Shown one piece after another: positions 39,540 through 41,482 of a DNA stretch of 41,482 bases. The first letter of the stretch is position 1. Every line of letters begins with the position of its first letter. Source of the stretch: Bigelowiella natans CCMP2755 (taxonomy: Eukaryota; Protista; Cercozoa); contig ADNK01003028.1 in assembly GCA_000320545.1 (NCBI GenBank), forward strand, positions 1 to 41,482, in the 5' to 3' direction. The notes below the pieces were generated by a model. The model ran no database searches. It was given only the letters and a program-made list of their open reading frames with translations, and was not told the origin of the DNA. A program made the translations under genes and the position numbers.

Positions 39540-39940
39540 GTAGCAGAGATGCACATGCTGCATGATTTAGCGTGCTACCGTGCTAGCGTGGCAGCCAGCA
39601 ACGCCATGAAGTGCACATCTAGACATGCTTGCTGTTGTAGGTGTGTCCAGTGAGCTATCCGAATTGTGAACCCTCATATAGCACTGACTGAGCAAAGTGG
39701 GCTGGTCGAACACACATCTTCGATTGCAACACTTGCAGCTTGCACAGCATTGCACAAAACTGTGAGTTTGTCGTGGAAATCAGAACAGGCAAACATCGTG
39801 GTTTCACACACACCGCCGCAGAAAAAGAGAGCCTGCATCGCATGTACGTGTGTGGAATGTCTAGACTGCTTTGTGAGTGCTACGACGCATCACATGTAGC
39901 ACAAGGCACCGGCTTCATCATCTAATGCGCATGTGTGCAT
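39540..39940. other. Second, partially TpA-depleted intergenic island between convergent genes
   Basis: Hand count: 14 TA in about 400 nt, 12 of them with 5' C or 3' G. None between about 39682 and 39843. Rich in GCAC, TGCA and CATG. Confidence 0.7.
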
Positions 39941-40083
39941 GATCGTAAGCCAGTTTGCATGGGGTTCTTCAGTTCCAGTAGAATAGTTCATGTATATTTA
40001 AAACCAAGTGTTGTTTACTATATGAACAAGCATCATTATTTATCTCAAGGAGTAGAACGACAAGCAACCAATGCTAATACTGA

Positions 40084-40807
40084 TCAAAGCTTTGAGGTTG
40101 GCACCGTCCTGGCATACGGGCGCTTGAGGTCCAACCCTTTACGATTGAAAGTAACTCCAAATCCAGGTCTGATTTACATTATCAAATGAATATTTGGTAT
40201 ACAACTAGTGGAGAATACTTCCACTCCTCATTGTCACTGACAACCCCATATGACGTATACTACGTGTGAGTGAGTGCCGTAGGATGAATATTCCTCTGGC
40301 AAAATGATTTTTTTTAAAATTGTTGAACAATGCTTTGTCAAGCCTTGTCAATGGTATACATACCTGTCGTCCGGGAGAGCTAAAGTGCCATTTTTTGGAA
40401 GAGGCTCGTCAGTAAAAAGCGCTCCAAAGTACGGTACGATCTTATCAGCGTTGGGAGACATCACAAGAAACTCTGCCATCGGGCAACTAATTAAGTAATC
40501 AATATTCTTTCTCACAAATGATTTATATGCACAGCAAGATTGGTAGATTTCTCCCTCTCCTCTTCTTACTATGGTGCTCTCCCACGGAGATCTCTATCAG
40601 CTAGCTGCATGCACATGGGTACTACTACTAATACTACTACTATTACTACTTTGGAAATGCATATTGGAGGTGGTAAGAGTAGACACTGCTTCCATGGGGA
40701 ATCACAGGGATATCGTAAGCAGATGCAAGGGCCTAGAATGTTGGAGAGATGATGACGATGATGACGACGACGATGATGATGATGATGATGATGAATCAAC
40801 TACCGAA

Positions 40808-40864
<57 letters not shown>

Positions 40865-41014
40865 TTAAAATTTATATAATGTCACTGTTTGTTACTTTAA
40901 TAAAGTAAAGCTACAACAAGTTCTGATATCTCCTTAATTTTTTTTGTCTATTTGCTGCAAACGCACGCCATGAAGATGATATCGATATTTTACACCTTAC
41001 CCGTGCCCATATGA

Positions 41015-41052
<38 letters not shown>

Positions 41053-41331
41053 CGTTTATCACGATTCTTTCGGGTAGCTGCTGATGGAACAACTACCACA
41101 ACTCGACGTGCCTCAGTCAGACCTCCGCACCTGTGCATCCGAGGAGGGGGAGGAGGAGGAGGAGGAGGAGGAGGAGGAGGAGGAAGAGGGGATGATGTTC
41201 GCTTGTTATGGATCATCTCGTACAGCTACTGCTACTACTACTACTACTACTTCTACTTCTACTCTTACCATGTCACATCAGGTTGTAGAAGATCAGCGCA
41301 TTTTCCTTCCAATAGTTGTCGGAAACCATAC
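40084..41331 (-). CDS. rhmD: L-rhamnonate dehydratase (enolase superfamily, RhmD/LRA3-like), last five exons; gene starts beyond the right edge
   Basis: Spliced: YGFRQLLEGKCADLLQPDVTW/CGGLTEARRVV/ALASAYDIPVIPHGSSVYSYHLQYAFPN/CPMAEFLVMSPNADKIVPYFGALFTDEPLPKNGTLALPDDR/PGFGVTFNRKGLDLKRPYARTVPTSKL*, TGA at 40086-40084. QPDV.WCGG, V.PHGSSVYSYH, EFL..SP and PGFGV..N...LKRPY match the RhmD C-terminal half. Absent from the ORF track. Confidence 0.9.
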
Positions 41332-41482
41332 CTGTTGTTAGGCACACAGCCAGCATGAACCAGCTATTGATATCATGATCATCATATTATTATCGATCAT
41401 CGTCGTCACAATTCTTCTTCTTCTCCTCCTCGAGAATAACAGCATCATCATCCTCCTCCTCCTCCTCCTCCTCCTCCTCCTC

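Noticed and set aside
40084-40095. 12-bp palindrome TCAAAGCTTTGA coinciding with the S-K-L-stop codons
   Set aside because: Short enough to arise by chance in 41 kb, with no other support.
3480-41358. Numerous ORF-track entries with poly-S/T/Y/L/M/H or CV/RE/IY runs
   Set aside because: They are translations of intronic microsatellites or antisense frames of real exons.
1-41482. Functional gene cluster, tRNA/rRNA/snoRNA genes or an intact transposon
   Set aside because: The six genes have unrelated functions. I recognised no RNA-gene structure, transposase, reverse transcriptase, TIR or LTR. Box C-like ATGATGA hits come from (ATG)n repeats. A covariance-model search could still find small RNAs.

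Overview
Eukaryotic nuclear DNA from an extremely intron-dense protist. The standard genetic code and GT-AG introns explain every gene. The lineage is not determinable here; the style resembles chlorarachniophyte-type genomes (low-confidence impression). Manual splicing gives six genes: the 5' end of RNase H2 subunit B (-); a signal-peptide + 2OG-Fe(II)-dioxygenase-like + Cys-rich + Ctr copper-transporter fusion (-, 2110-7123); USP5/UBP14 isopeptidase T (+, 7527-16296, 39 exons); an ABCG half-transporter (-); a DEVH-box RNA helicase (+); and the 3' part of an L-rhamnonate dehydratase ending in -SKL (-). Most ORF-track entries are translated intronic microsatellites. Top signals: (1) intergenic islands where TpA is gone except when preceded by C or followed by G (mostly CTAG) while CpG is kept, suggesting a targeted, reverse-RIP-like TA>TG/CA hypermutation process; (2) the oxygenase-Ctr fusion; (3) recurrent 27-62 nt tandem duplications, four of which copy splice sites without breaking the frame; (4) a possibly peroxisomal rhamnonate dehydratase. 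All exon structures and counts were made by eye and need RNA-seq or computational confirmation.
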